From the NCBI GenBank assembly GCA_051530055.1, contig CM121343.1, positions 528,389-592,388 on the forward strand: a stretch of DNA of 64,000 nucleotides, given 5' to 3'. This stretch comes from Neoechinorhynchus agilis (lineage: Eukaryota > Animalia > Acanthocephala). Positions 26,034-40,289 of the stretch are shown one piece after another. The position numbers and the translations under genes were made by a program. The number at the start of each line of letters is the position of its first letter. Position 1 is the first letter of the stretch. Below the pieces are notes generated by a model. The model was not told the origin of the DNA and did not search any database. It saw only the letters and a program-made list of their open reading frames with translations.

Positions 26034-26525
26034 TCAATTTCCACTCTCGGTCGACCGTCCTTGTCTATTGCGTCTTCTACTGTGGTGCTTTTTTCGTCTT
26101 GGTTTCTCGTCATTATTTTCATTAAAGCGATTTGCGCTCTGTTCGCAGTAATCGTTAACGTATTTTGTAATAATGTCGGCATTTTTATTACCTTCCGCCG
26201 TACCGAGTATTCGAGAATTGTGAGCAACTTCAAGGAGATAATGTATGCAAAGTTCCTCCTTTTTCAAAAGATCGGCGAATACACCCTTATAAAACTGCAA
26301 ACAAAGTCCAATGAGACTGGAATTCACGAACCCATTGAAGACTCTTGGCTCAAGATTGTTTTGCTGATTCGCTTGGATTTTGAAATTAAATTGTGGCATC
26401 GCTTGAAATGAATATTGTTGATCACAAAGATGGAAGTATGATCTCGGATGAGTAAGGACCTCCGACATCGTAACGTTTGTCATTGAAGGCGGATATAGCA
26501 CCAAATAAGGATTACAAAAATGCAT
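26034..26525 (-). CDS. Hypothetical 163-aa ORF with basic C-terminus
   Basis: Open frame only; LCIHYLL weakly recalls a SWIM-type CxH but the CxC half is missing. Confidence 0.2.
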   Translation of the reverse strand: MHFCNPYLVLYPPSMTNVTMSEVLTHPRSYFHLCDQQYSFQAMPQFNFKIQANQQNNLEPRVFNGFVNSSLIGLCLQFYKGVFADLLKKEELCIHYLLEVAHNSRILGTAEGNKNADIITKYVNDYCEQSANRFNENNDEKPRRKKHHSRRRNRQGRSTESGN

Positions 26526-27624
26526 CGGCGAGAGATTGTGAGTCTAAGAACCCATCAATCGGGAAAATTGGCGGAACATAAAATAATAATTAGAGCGTAA
26601 CATTGAAATGTTTTGTAAACAACTCGATTTGCTTTCCGGCAAATCACGGTATTTATCAGCAAACGTCCGTATTCGAGTGAACCCAAAGAATTAGTCGGCC
26701 TTTCTAAAGCGCTGTTTTAAGTAAGAAAAGCAAAAGATATGTGCAGGGGATTGGCTTCAGTATTTTTCACGAGAAATAAAGTTAATTCCAAATCCCAGTA
26801 GTCTACGAGATTTTTAACTAGCAAATTCTATAACCGATTTAAATCGGATTTCATCAAAACTTAAACTTTGGTCACTACGTTGCGTCCTAACTAATTGGAT
26901 TTTAGACGTCTAACGTTGCTAATAAAATTTATATTTGCAATACAGTCTTGCGTGGATGCGACGAGTGTCGGCTATCGCCAAGGCTCATGCCTAAATTAAT
27001 ATCATTTTACCCAATGTTTGTAGACCTAAATTGATAATTGGGTCATTTTCCCTTTCTGCCTCAATCCGAGGTGTCGTCCTCTACTCGTGAGTGGTTCGGG
27101 CAGATTAAGGTTTCCGCAATAAGTTGAGCTTCGAAAGGGTAAGACTTAAGTTGAATTAATCGTTCGATGTGATATGGTCGAATTTCTTAGTGTCTCGGAT
27201 TTGGGCAATATTGGGTAATTCTGACCGTTATGAGTGTAACAATGTGAATGGATATATGAACGAAGCTCTGCCTAAGACTAAGAATTCATTAGCATTGTGG
27301 ATGAGCGATCAAGAGTTGTACAATCTACTACTTTCCGGTCCTTGCGAATTTATGTATGTAGCTCCGAAATATAGTATGAGCTTTTTCAAAACTCGCCATA
27401 TCATACGCTGATTTGCAGCGTCAATATGAAAAGTAATCATCGGCTCAGTGAAATCCATCGGAGACGAATGATGAACGCATAACCAAAGCAACGAAATCGC
27501 CCAAAGATGAACTCCTAAACACAGTACAACACAATCGCCATGTCATTGACACGGCAAATTCATCACAATGTTATAACTCCAAGATGCTCGAATTTTAAAA
27601 CGATCGGGAGAACAATGGTTCACC

Positions 27625-27790
27625 ATTTAATAGGCAAAAATGGAAGGTTAGAAATTAAATTTAGGCTGGGCGAGGAATATGATATAGCGACGGTTATTTA
27701 TAGTAAAATGTTCGGAACGGTTTATAAAGGGCGAAGTAAGTTTACAAACAAAGACGTTTCAAACAAAGTCGAGGAGAGCCGACTTGACCA
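27625..27790 (+). pseudogene. Protein kinase N-lobe fragment, casein kinase 1-like
   Basis: MFGTVYKGRSKFTNKDVSNKVE resembles the G-loop/VAIK region; no downstream kinase motifs. Confidence 0.35.
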
Positions 27791-28249
27791 CATCGACACA
27801 ACTACGGAATGTACAATCCCAGCCAATTTTTCGACTCAGTGTGAGCGCTGTATTCTATTTTAAGGTTTTTGCTAGCAAGCCGGTTTGTTTTATATCATCA
27901 TTAAGTTTGTCCCTTACACCCAGCGATCTGACAGTGAACAATGATGAGCAACATGTCTGTATCTGAAAAAGTGAAATTGAGAAAAGGTATATGGGAGAAC
28001 TTGATCGAACGAAAAACGGGGCGATGTTTGCTACATTTAGTGGAACGAGCTGGTCGGAGCTGATTGACTCTGTTAAGGAGGTCAAAGAGGAGGACCTAAG
28101 AGGATTAGTCAAAATGAGCCTGTTGGACGCTGTTGGTGGAGACGAAGTCCTCAAAAACTCAGGAGCTCAATTCTCAAATCTTAATTCCCGTCTGATTGGT
28201 ACAGTGTTCAATAAAGGTCGCGCCGTCGACCCAAATTACACAGGTTTTG

Positions 28250-31200
28250 GATTTTGATCGATGAAACACGAAATTGTCAATTCGCGTCCCAAAGCATTCA
28301 ACAAAGTGCAGTAGCAATGTTTTCGCAACCGAACGTTGCGGCGGAGGGTGGCGTACGGCCACCCAACTTTCTGAAGACCCCTTTGTCTCCGGAACAAAAA
28401 AATCAAACTCTTCCCATCGATAAAGCAGACAGCATACAATCCGTCACTCCAAATTTTCTGGAGAGTCCGATAAAGAGATGGCCATATTCCATCTCTATAT
28501 CATCCAATTCAACCAAGGGAAACCTTGTATAAAAAATTTCTTATTCCATGGCTCCGATCGTTCAATGACGACATCCAACGTATCCTAAAGCTCACATACT
28601 TCGGGTGCAAGCTTAAGGTTTACCTTACAAATGAATCGAACAGACGTCTCGATCAAACTTTCCTGCATTCGTTCAACGAGCAGGGTGCTGTCTTCGAGAA
28701 CTCTTTATACATGTCGACTTTTATTGTGTCGGGTCTTTCTCCGGACATCGAATCGGATGACAAAAGGTTATTTGAATCCAAATTCGGATGCAAAATTCTA
28801 TTTTTTTGAAGGCCCGAAACAACGGTAAACCTATTCGGAGGGCAGCCCTGAAAGCCGATATAGACACGAGAAATTCCCTGATATCCAAGAGGTATTTTTC
28901 AGTAAATGGAAATCTCTTTTATTGCCAACGAAATCTCTAGAATGGACGATTTCACTTTTCCTCGATGCGCAGGTTGTCAGGAGTGGGGTCATTGGATTCA
29001 ACGTTGCCCATCTAAGATAACCAAATGCGCGTATTGTGGCGAACAACACTGTAGCTCAAATTGTTCAAAAGGAATTAAAAAATGTGCAAACTGTGGACAA
29101 ATTGATCATTGCGCTTTCGCGAAAAATTGCTCCGTCCTCAAACAATATGTTGCTTGGGCTCAAAATAAAGCCCCACCGATCCAACAAAAAAAGAACTTGG
29201 AGTCTCGGCCATCTTTCTTGGGAAATAATTCGAATACAGACCAACCCCATTCTCGCATTCACTTGGAGGCCGTCTCAAGCTGTAACGAGGGGAAAAATAT
29301 AGACAAGATCTTGAGCGACTTTTCAACAAACATTTTGAGAATGGTGGACTTGAGAATCGCTACCGCGATACAGCATATGGAAAAACGATTGAAGAGGCTT
29401 CTTGAGGCTTTTACTACCTCTATTTCTAATGGCCTCACTCGAGTGATTCCGTCAGCAGTTGCTGGGGCTCCCGTTAAAAGGTCGTTTTTCCATAACAAGG
29501 ACGAACCAATAGAGATTGATGCTTCGGACACAGAAATGATGGATGAAGAAGTCTTCGTTCGGCAGATAATCGAAGAACAGAAACAAATCTGCTCCGAGGG
29601 TGTAGTGGATCTTATTAAAAGGAGAAAGGCCGGCTCATGAACGAGTTAAGGTTAGTCCAGTGGAACTCGAGTGGTCGCTTAGGAATTCCAAATATTTTAA
29701 CCGAAGTAGAGAATTGCTAGGTGGTTTTTATCCAAGAAACGAAAAGCATTCACACGTTTTATGACTTACCCGAAGGTATCAAAAAACTTAACCAATTCTC
29801 ATCTATATTTATTACTCCTCCAGCCAGCTCAAATTCTTAGGGTCTACTATCCATCTTTAATTCTAACCTCTGACCTTGTCCTATCTCCAATTTTATTTCA
29901 TCAGCCCTCTCCTACGCCATATTCTCCATCTGTTATGATGATAAGAAATTCTTATTAGGTATTATATACGTTCGCCCTAAGAAGATTCATCTGAAGAATA
30001 ACAAAACAATTATCAAGAATTTACTATTTGCTGGAGTTAATTTTCTATTCGAGGACTTTAATGACCCCTCGGGAAAATGGATTCGCGCGATATCTCGTGC
30101 ATCGGACTCACACGAAATTATCTACCCTCCTTTCCCGACGTTCACTGCTCCAAACTACAATTCAGCATTAGACCTGTGTCTAGCAAGGAAATTGTCTTCT
30201 ATCAAACCAAGAGTTAGCTCCCAATCGGCGTTTTTTCGAACGTCTGGTCACAACACTCTTATTTGGCTTCTCTCAAGAAACATCCTTTTAAATCGAAAAT
30301 TCATCTTATCCTCCTTCAATATCCAACTTTCTAATAACTCCACATCACTCTTCTTCGAGTGCAGTAGTAAGCCGTCTCTTAAGGAAATCAACGAATTTCT
30401 GGCAAATTCAAGCGATTCCTTTCTATCGACGGTCATTAAGCAAGCATGGGGCAGGGGCAAATCCAATCTTCGTTCCCTCTACGGTAGAGAACTCTTTAGA
30501 GCCAATAATGAAGGAAACTCTGAACTTGCCAAACTATGGTCAGCATTGCACTGGCCATGCCGAGCTCGCCTTCAAATGAATTCCCCAACTCGTCGTCTTG
30601 GTGGAATATCGTTGCCAAAAAGAAGTTTATTCCCTGGCGCAGTGCCGCTGCTGCATGGATTAAAGAAGATGGGCTCAATGCAGTGGTCACTTCCCTATGT
30701 CTTGACCACTCCTCGGGATGCTCTTTGTCCACTACTAACCTCATCTTTTTACCCATTAAGCGACGCAGATTTGATTTATTGGTCAGTGATGTTATTACGC
30801 ACTGGGGTTCCAAGAATAAGGTCTCATCTAACGACCCCTCTGCTTCCTTCAAGGCCACCAATGTTTTATCCAGTATCAACATTGGTCTTTTGGCAGAAGC
30901 TATGATTCGTGCGCATCCACATGAATGGGTATCTATTAACACAGCCAAGCGGATTTTTCTGGTCAAAAACAAGCGCCGTAAGGTTAGATCATCGAACGAA
31001 GTTAGACAAATTGCAATCCAAAACTCTCTGGTCTCCATCTACGAGAGAGCATTAGCTCGTTCTATTTTGCAATTTGCATTGAAACACAATTGCATTGATC
31101 CGCGCTGCCATGGTTTCTTACCCAACATCCGAGAAATAATGGATAATTTCTAGAAACCCCAATCCAACAAATGTCCTAACTTCTTTCGACATTTCAAAGG

Positions 31201-31950
31201 CATTCGATAGCATCGATATCGATTTTATTATTAAGATAATGAAATTTTTTAACTATCCACACAACATAATCGCCCGGGTCAATAACACACTCGTTTCAAA
31301 GTCCTTCTTTTTCCAAAACGACCCTCTTCGAAAAACATTTCATCAGACCAAGGGCGTGCCTCAAGGCTCACCACTGTCTCCAATTCTTTTTTGCTTGGCA
31401 ACACAATATAGCAATGTCGGCAAAGCTATTACCCTCTACGCTGATGATATCACCGCAGTCATTAAAGAATGCAACTATTTGATGGTGAGAAAGGAAATGG
31501 CTTCTCTCCTGTCCTTTCTACCAAACGTTCTACCTCACATATGCCTCGAGCTGAATCCACTCAAATCCCAGTTAATTGTAAAATTGCGCTGAGGAACGCA
31601 TTTTATGAATTTTAAATCAGGAGGCGAGCCCCGCCCGATTATCAATCAACATTTTAGGATACACCTTCACCCAATATTGCTCACCCACCCGCGACCTCTT
31701 AAAGCTTAAACGCCTGCTAAAGATCGCTGGCGCGAAGGCAAAACGAGCCAATCGTCTCGGTCTGAACGATAAGTCCACTCGGGTTGTATGGAATTCCTGG
31801 GCAATCGCTGGCCTAGTTTTTTTCTCACGTGGTCGACCACCCGAACAGCGACTAACCTTTCAACGCATTTTCTTATCGAACCTTGATAACCTCCCTTACC
31901 CATGGGCACACTCCTCTAACTGGGCAGAAGGGAGCTTTAAATGGATCGAC
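28250..31950 (+). mobile_element. Decayed two-ORF LINE (I/Jockey group)
   Basis: ORF1 has three Cys/His knuckles (CAGCQEWGHWIQRC etc.). ORF2 starts MNELRLVQWN at an ATGA overlap (29637-29640). RT motifs SKAFDSI, GVPQGSPLSPILF and YADD are present; many frameshifts. Confidence 0.9.
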
Positions 31951-32029
31951 TTAACTCACTGATCTAAGTAATGTCATGCTTACAGGATTTAGGTTGATAA
32001 GTAGCTCAATCATTTAAAAATGGACTCTT

Positions 32030-33070
32030 GACGAATAAATCTTGATGTTGTTGAGTGTGTTAGTGTTGCCTGATTATAAAAAACCAATAGAGAGCTATGG
32101 ATGATACACCCACATCTACAGTGAACAACTTCATTACATCTGCTACAGAAATCCTTGTCAAGCGTTTTGTACAAGGCAAAGTTAGAAGCTTCACTTTATC
32201 GCAAGGAGAAATTATCATGGGGATCATCACACTGGACAAGTCACCAACCGATGAGGTATAAAATCTTGGCTGTCACTTCGTACTTCCGATGAGCTTCTCT
32301 TATTTCATCTACTCAATTTGCATGGAGTAGGGAAAGGGAGATGATAGTACAGGAGCTGAAAATTAGGGGATATCCCAAATGGATTATAGACCGAGGAATC
32401 AGAGGCAGTAACTACCATCCGCATAACAAAAAAATCGTCTGCAAAGCCTGTACGCTTCGAAAGGGTGCACTTCATTGATGACGACACAGATCAAATGATC
32501 TATTCCATTAGGAGAAAGAAGGTTGGAATTTGTCTATACAAAACTAAAGGAAACGCTTTCAGAAGCACATTCAAGAAGGGTAAAACTGAGCCGACCAATG
32601 GGATTTATAGAATGTACTGTGAAAAGTGTGAGAAAGCTTATATCAGACAAACGATGCAAGGCATTGAGAAGAGGGTCGCTCAACATAAGCAAGCCCGCAG
32701 TCGATTTGAACATTCGTCAGCAACCTCCAATCATCAAGAGACATGTAAGCATCGAGCGGATTTTGGTGGCACCAACATTATAGAAATAGAGCAAAACTTA
32801 AAAAGACGGCTTATTTTGGAGGCCTTGCACATCGCTGTGTCCAACGCAATGGAAGGAAATAAAGCTAATTTTAGCTTCAAACTTCCAGCCAGCGACGTGT
32901 TAAAAATCAATGCTAAAATCATGAAAAAAACGTGTTCGAACGGATAATTGGCCCCGAAATTTGAGTTTGGCGATCCAGCGCAATCGAGCGTAAAACCTGA
33001 ACGGGAAAAATATATTTTTAGATGACTGATGAGGCGAGGTTACCTCCTTCGAAATATCGCCAATTAATCA
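32030..33070 (+). mobile_element. Penelope-like element fragment with GIY-YIG endonuclease, copy 1
   Basis: GIYRMYCEKCEKAYIRQT...KRVAQH...RRLILEALHI is a PLE GIY-YIG signature. Confidence 0.8.
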
Positions 33071-33600
33071 AATAATCAATACCAACCGAAGATTTGTACG
33101 AACATTTGAGTGTAAAAACGACGATTTAGTGAAGACGAAATGGATTTATCATAGCTCAAATTGTCATCGTTTTCCATTATTTACATCGGATTAAGGTTGC
33201 TCGCAGAGATATAAAGCCTGAGAATATTTTGGTCCAAGACAACGGCTAAGTAAAAGTAGGCGACTTCGGATTCGCTAAATTCTTAAACGGGAATACGATG
33301 ACTGAATGTAGAACTGCAGAATAAATGGTTCCAGAAGTGTTCGGACAGCTTGGATAAACCCCCAAGTGGAGATTGGTGAGAAACTTGGGGTTTGACCTAC
33401 GATTTCGATGTAGGATACACGTCTTTTGTGGCATCAGATGAAGCAAGAATTTTGGCCAAAGTTCAATCTGGATGGTTTAAAGTTCCTGACCATTTCTCAC
33501 CCGAGCGTTGTGGGTGGTTTTTGTGTGTTTTTAAGAAAATTACGGTTTTTATATGGACATCACCGCTCCCACCATCAACAATAAATATAAAGTAAGAATC
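33070..33600 (+). pseudogene. PKA catalytic-subunit-like pseudogene fragment
   Basis: RDIKPENIL, DFGFAKF and GYTSF..SDE motifs with stops and frameshifts. Confidence 0.8.
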
Positions 33601-34559
33601 TGAGGATGAATTAAAGTTTTGTTTGGTTTAATTGCATTCGAATTGAAACGATTGCATCGTTGATTGAACATGGCCATTAATTTTAAAACGGTGTACAAGG
33701 CAGCTCACAGTCTCTCAATGCAGCACAAACTCTCAGTGCGTCGAAAACTAAAGAAGTGGAGGATAAGTCGAAACTAAAAAACACCGAATTGGATTTAAAA
33801 ATTATATTCGAAAGCCTTACAGTGACGAGATCAAGTTTAGATATCGACACAATGAAGACGAAAACGCCAAAGATTAAAGAAATGAACATTATGAAACTCA
33901 TTATAAAGAAGAGTTTTGCACCGGCTACAAAAATAAGCTACAACCAACAAGGAAATTCGGTTTTTGAGGTCGTCTGCGAAGATTTAATTTTATGTCTCTA
34001 CCTCTCAAAATCGGTTGATTGAATGATAACAGACATATTTTCTGATCAATTTGCCTGCTAGTCCATTAAAACGAAATCCTCAAATTTGATCGGCCAAATC
34101 AAAGGTGATAAATCGGTCTGAGTTTGGCGGCGAAAAGGATGGGGTCCCATGAGTCTTTAAAAACGTAAATCGAAAAATTCAAAACACAAATTTTGGCGGA
34201 TCTTATTATTATCTTGGGATAAATGGATAATCATATTAACACAATAAATCAATATATATTAACACCGCGATTGCAACGAATTAGCAAGTTAATTGATTTG
34301 AGTTGGACTATTAAATATTCGTACAATAAACTCTCGACGAACCTTTAATTTGCCCAAGACAACTTTCCGCGACGCATTGAACATCTCGACATTTCATTTA
34401 CTCGCATAGACAAGGCAACAGATCAGCGAGCTCAAAAAAATTAACTTAAATTAAATGTTGATATCAAAATCCACTTCTTGAGCATTCTTTCGTTTTCGTC
34501 CCTCTGACGAAACAAAATTGATTCTTTTGATTCATTCAATGACCATCCAAAGAAGGTTT

Positions 34560-35430
34560 TTGATGATCCTCACATCACGATCATTTTGCGTTAAAAATAT
34601 ATGAAATGCTCCACTTCTTCCAAACTAGACAAACAAAGCGAACAATTGACGAAAAGGCAATGCTGAGTAATATATTTCTTTAAAATATTGTGTATTTCTA
34701 GGGATCGTATAAGTATAACGGCCATTTGTACATTGTGATCAAATTAATGCCAACCGGAGATTTGTATGAACATTTGCGTGCAAAACGACGATTTAGTGAA
34801 GAATAAAATAGATTTATCATAGCTCAATTTGTCGTCGTTTTTGATTATTTACATCGGATTAAGGTTGCTCGCAGAGAAATAAAGCCTAAGAATATTTTGG
34901 TCCAAGACAACGGCAAAGTAAAAGTAAGCGCCTTCGGATTCGCTAAATTCTTAAACGAGAATACGATGAATGCTTGTGGAACTGCTGAATAAATGGCTAC
35001 AAAAGTGATCTCACGGCTTGGATATACCCTCAAGTGGAGATTGGTGAGCACTTGAAGTTTTGGCCTACGATCTCGATGTAGGATACACGCCCTTTGTGGC
35101 ATCAGATGAAGCGAGAATTTTGGCCAAAGTTCAATCAGGAAAGTTTAAAGTTCCTGACAATTTCTCAGCCGAGCTTAAGTATGTCGTAAGCCGGCTATTG
35201 AAATTCAATCCAGATAAGCGATGTGGATGCGGGAAAAGTGGAACTGATCAGGTAAAGGCTCTTAAGTTCTTTGAAGTTAATGACTATTGGAAGTTGTTCC
35301 GAGGAAAGTATGCCATTATCTATAAATCTTATAATGATCAAATCGAAAACAAACTAAAGGAACCGTTCATTTCATCGACTAATCCATCTTTTGATCACTA
35401 CCCTCACGTATTTTATGAACTTTGAACAGT
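34560..35430 (+). pseudogene. PKA catalytic-subunit-like pseudogene
   Basis: HFALKIY, YNGHLYIV, FGFAKF, GYTPF, FSAELKYVVSRLL, QVKALKFF; internal stops. Confidence 0.8.
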
Positions 35431-35540
35431 AAAGCTTTTCCATTGTTTTCTGATCGTGCGAAGGGAAGTAAATTTCGTATTTAGTCGTATTATCATTAAT
35501 AAATTTTCAATTTCGACAAAAATTAACCTGTGTTAAAAGC

Positions 35541-35950
35541 GTTGATCCGTGACGAGTTGTCGTCACCTGTTTCGGTTTGTGCCTGATCAACATCCATGGC
35601 TTCAGCGAACTTGTTTTTGTTGCGTTTCGCAAGTAATTTGCGATCGTAAATTTTGTACGTAATTTACGAAACCTTAATAATGTTGGAATTATCAGACGTG
35701 AAATATCGGCAACAAATTATTCAATTTAAAGCCTACGCGTGTTATAACTACTAAAATGACGCAACTTCTGATTCGAAGACAATAACCCAACGCCAAAGAA
35801 TGTTTTTTAACGTTTTGACGGCCAAATTCATCATGAATAGATCTCCCAACATGATACGACAACATTTGGAACACGACTTGAAACCGCAATAACCAACATA
35901 AATCCGATTGCAAATCGCTCTCGAATGTAGAATTTTCTTTAATAAATCGT
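35541..35950 (-). mobile_element. Truncated 5' end of a CRE-like element
   Basis: Diverged inverted homolog of 62900-63314. Confidence 0.65.
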
Positions 35951-36600
35951 AGTACTATTTACAAAACGATATATTCAAATCAATAATCACGAATTTTGTG
36001 ATCAAGGAACGCACCAACATTTTAAGAGTAATAACGACCAAATTAGATAAAATTAGCAAAAACATTCTTACTTTTTATGGATTGTTAATTAAAATCAATA
36101 GCAAACCTAGTTGAGGTGCCAGAATCACCCTGCATAACTACAGTATATGAATTTCCTAAAGAAAAGGGAAAAAGAACTATTTACAAAACGATATCCCCAA
36201 ATCCATAATTACGCATTTTGTGATCAAGGAACGTGCCAACATTTTAAGAGTAAAAACGACCAAATTAGATAAAATTAACAAAGACATTCTTCCTTTTTAT
36301 GGATTGTTAATCAAAATCAATAGCGAACCTAGTTGAGATGCCAGAATCACCCTGCATAATTACAGTATATGAATTTCCTAAAGAAAAAGAAAAAAGTACT
36401 ATTTACAAAACGATATCTTCAAATCCACAATTACGCGTTTTGTGATCAAGGAACGTGCCAACATTTTAAGAGTAAAAACGACCAAATTAGATAAAATTAA
36501 CAAAGACATTTGTACTTTTTATGGATTGTTAATTGAAGTCAATAGCAAACCTAGTTGAGATGCCAGAATCACCCTGCATAACTACAGTATATGAATTTCC
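35950..36600 (-). repeat. Satellite family B, ~221-bp unit, 3 copies
   Basis: tatttacaaaacgata recurs at ~35956, ~36178 and ~36400. Confidence 0.9.
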
Positions 36601-36973
36601 TATTCCTTACTAACTTGAGACAAATTAACCGAAGTATTTACCGTTGCACATATTGTTGCTTTGGATAAGCCTCGATTTTAACGTTTGTTTTGGTTTAAAG
36701 CGTCCTCTTCGTGGTATAAGTTTGTTTATGCTTCGAATTTACGAGCTAAGATATGAAGTAACTGGGCAGCGTGATACAAATTTATCGCACTCGTGTTAGA
36801 TAAACCCCTCAAACAACGTATCCTTGTAGTTATAAGAAAGCATTTGAAGGGACTTCAATAGCTATAATCGGTCGCAAACAGCGAATAGTAAAAGGTGAAA
36901 CGACATCACAAAAAACAATTATGCCATCATATTTATATTTTAAAATATGATTTATAAAACAAGAAGAACATTT

Positions 36974-39766
36974 CTAATCGATTTGAATCATCTCATTGGC
37001 ACCTAATGTCATGGACTTTCGACTTTCCGCAAATGCAACAAATGTCGTTGGTGGAAGAGTCGGTAAAGAGTATTGGCCATTAGAAATTCGGGCACTAAAT
37101 TGCAACTTCTCATTCTCATATTCTTCCCATGCAGCCTTCCTCTCATCTTCCGTAAGCTTCTCCTCCGGTCTTTGTTCAAGGAAAGAGTCGTGTTCGTGAT
37201 ACCCATATATCCACTTTTGCGAGCATCGCAAAAGTTCAGCCAGAACGACATCCTTAGGCAAAATTGGAGTGGGTTGAGTATCGCCTTCGTTGTCATCGGG
37301 AACTTCATCGAACGTGAAAAGCTTAGAAAGTTCAAGGCCAGTAAAATGTCGGTCAACGTGCTGTTCGTCACAAACCCGCAAAACTAGACCTTGCTTTGTG
37401 ATTTGACGCTGATAAATCTTTTCTTCGATTGTCCCGAGGGTAAAGAGCCTGTAAATGAACACTTCTTTAGATTGACCAAATCGGTAGACTCGATAAATCG
37501 ACTGGATGTCATTCGAAGGATTCCAGGAAGGTTCAAATATTACAACGCGATTAGCCGCCTGAAGATTCAGCGCAATTCCCCCAGCCTGAGTAGAAATTAA
37601 AAACAATCGCATACGTCGGTTCCTCGTTTTATTGAAATGCGCAACGCGGGCTTTTCTATCGATTCCGCAAGTACTTCCGTCAATTCGGGTGTAATCCAAG
37701 CCAAATACCCAACGGAGACAATGCTGTTCTCTATCCGATTGTTTAGATGATTGCAGGCTAATGTTCAACAGAATAGCTTCAATGAAATCGAGCACTGTTA
37801 AACTAGAAGAGAAGACTAAAACTTTGTCATTGAGTTGAGCACAATGCTCGAGGATCATTAAAAGTACAACAAGTTTACCAGAGACGTCCAGCCGATACCT
37901 TATAGATTCAGGATCTGTGCAAAGTCCATGAAACCATTCAGTATTTGCACATATTATAGAGGTTTGCCGATATAGAGAAACGCGATCGGTAAACGGCTAT
38001 TCTTCATTATCTCCGTCGTGACTTGCAAGATTATCTCCTCCGGATTTGCGTAATTTATCCCATTTCCTTCTCACAGCATCCTGCTTCTTCTTATAATCAG
38101 ACCACAAAAGGAACGGATGGGCGCAAATCCGTTTGGCAATGGTATAGAAGTTCAAAAGATCTCTATGTGATTGTGTTTGTCCTTTATTAAGAACCAATAA
38201 TCGATATAATTCTGCTTGCATCTTTGAAGGACGAATACTGATAACATATTCATATCGATTTGGGAGATAAGGTTGGAGGCAAGCGCTGTCTCGTCTGTGG
38301 ACGCAACCGCCAAGCATTTCGTGAAGAATATGAGTTCTCTTCATCATGAGCTTAACATCATACCACGTAGAATCAGCGTTTAAGCCGTTTTTGATTGGTG
38401 TAATAAATCGGTTGTTAAATTCCCTCCTCGTACCTAAATAGTTCGGTTTTATGAAATGTACCATGCAATGATACTCTGCTAAATTATTTTGCAGCGGAGT
38501 CCCGGTCATCACAATACGCCTTGGAGTTCGGATGTTCGAGAGTACTTTATAGATGTTCGTACGTTCATTCTTTAAAATATGGCCTTCATCGCAAACCAAC
38601 AAATCCGGACCAGGATTTAAGAGTGCTTGACGAATTTGATTATCATCCCGAGAATTATTTAACCGCTCAATTATATTCCGAAATCGGCAGTATGTCATTA
38701 TGAGAACTGTGGGTTCAATAGATATTCGAAAATCTTGAATGTTTTTGAGCTTATCAGAACCGTACATTTTATCGTCAAGTACAATCACATCAACTCTTTC
38801 TTCTAATCGGATTCTTGACTGCCATCTCTGGAACTCCCTGGACCATTGGGTCAGTCCACTTTTTGGTGAGAGAATCAAAGCGGATTTGGTTTGGGTTAAC
38901 TTGAAATGAGTAAGTACTGCTTGAAGAAACGCGATAACCGTAAAAGTTTTACCGAGTCCCATGCAATGTGCAAGGACACATCCTCCACCCAACTGCCTTC
39001 CATCATAATTGTTTTCAATCGTTTCAATGCAATTATCATACAGAAAGTGGCATCCTTCGATTTGATGCTTTTTGAGGCACTTGGCAATAGAAGGATGTAC
39101 CGATAAAAGCGGTTTCTTTGTTTCCGAGTCGTAGTCGAGTATGATGCTTTTATGATCAATTTCAGCTCCCTTCGATTCCAAACGCTTCAATCGACTTCTC
39201 TCTTTTGACATGGCCAATCGCGTTTGCTCATCGCAGTTGTCATCTTCGATTATCGCTTCAATTCTACGTGGAACAGCACTGTCATCATCACTTGAAGATT
39301 CGATTATTATTTTCCCTCTTCGCTTTTTTATCAATCTTACGCTGTCATTTGAATAGGAGGAATCGCAATTATCCATCGATTTTTTTTCCCGGTGATAATC
39401 CTGGCCGAAAGAGTTTTCTTTACTATTTGTGTACGATCGGCTACTCGGACTACAATTTATCCTCGGGACTTTTCTTGGAATCTCATCTTTACGGGGATGC
39501 GTTCCTGACCTTTTTGGATGCACCGCGCCTTCCGACAGCCAATCCCCGAAGATTTGAAAGTACTTGAGATACAGTAGCATTTCAGCATCGTCACAATCAA
39601 CGGAGTCCTCCTTTTTCGGCGTTTGCACTTGGTCCGAAGTTTGCGATGTTACACCTGATGCCTGGTCCGCATTACTTTTGCCTTGAACGATGACCAGCAT
39701 TTCCTGCACATGAAAGGCGACAACCTCTAAGTGCTCAATCAAAGCATTTCTTAGCTCGGTATTCAT
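36974..39766 (-). CDS. ATRX: ATRX/XNP SNF2-family chromatin remodeller, copy 1
   Basis: LAHCMGLGKT, VCDEGH, MTGTPLQNNL, SWNPSNDIQSIYRVYRFGQ and YHEHDSFL..EEKLTEDERKAAWEEYE. Two same-frame ORFs separated by one TAG (37999-37997) within a putative intron at 38008-37949. Confidence 0.93.
37949..38008 (-). other. Putative non-canonical hairpin intron in ATRX copy 1 (60 nt)
   Basis: Same sequence as 59525-59584. Confidence 0.6.
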
Positions 39767-40289
39767 GTTGCGTTTTGAACTCAAAACAAATATACTTAAT
39801 GGGACAAGAGTGCACCGTCTTTCGTTGACTACACGTCACGTAGTGAAAATGCTATTACGTCACATAACATACACGGAAGACACTTACACGCGTCAAGGAA
39901 ACAACAACCAAGTAATATGCTAACTGTTCCTTTTCGTTGTTACGCAAAATGTTCACGAGGTGTTTTGTATACGTTCAGATGTTTATACGTAAAACTGTTG
40001 CGGTTGCGCTTTTTCGATATTTTCCGGTGTGAGGTCGCGAAAAGCCGCAGTGCAAATGAGTTTTTGCCAAGAATGAAAAAACATGTCGGAGGTGAAACTC
40101 CGGATCGTTCAACTGTGTTCCGGAGAAAAACAAACAATGAAGAATTCGACGTCACTGAGGCCTAATCCATTGTGAGTCAGTAAGACATTGAACTGATTAC
40201 TTGACGATGATCCTCTTCAATCAATGCCTTCACGCGAATCGCATATTGCTCTCCAGTTAAAGTTCGTGGATGTCCTTCACGTTTGCTAA

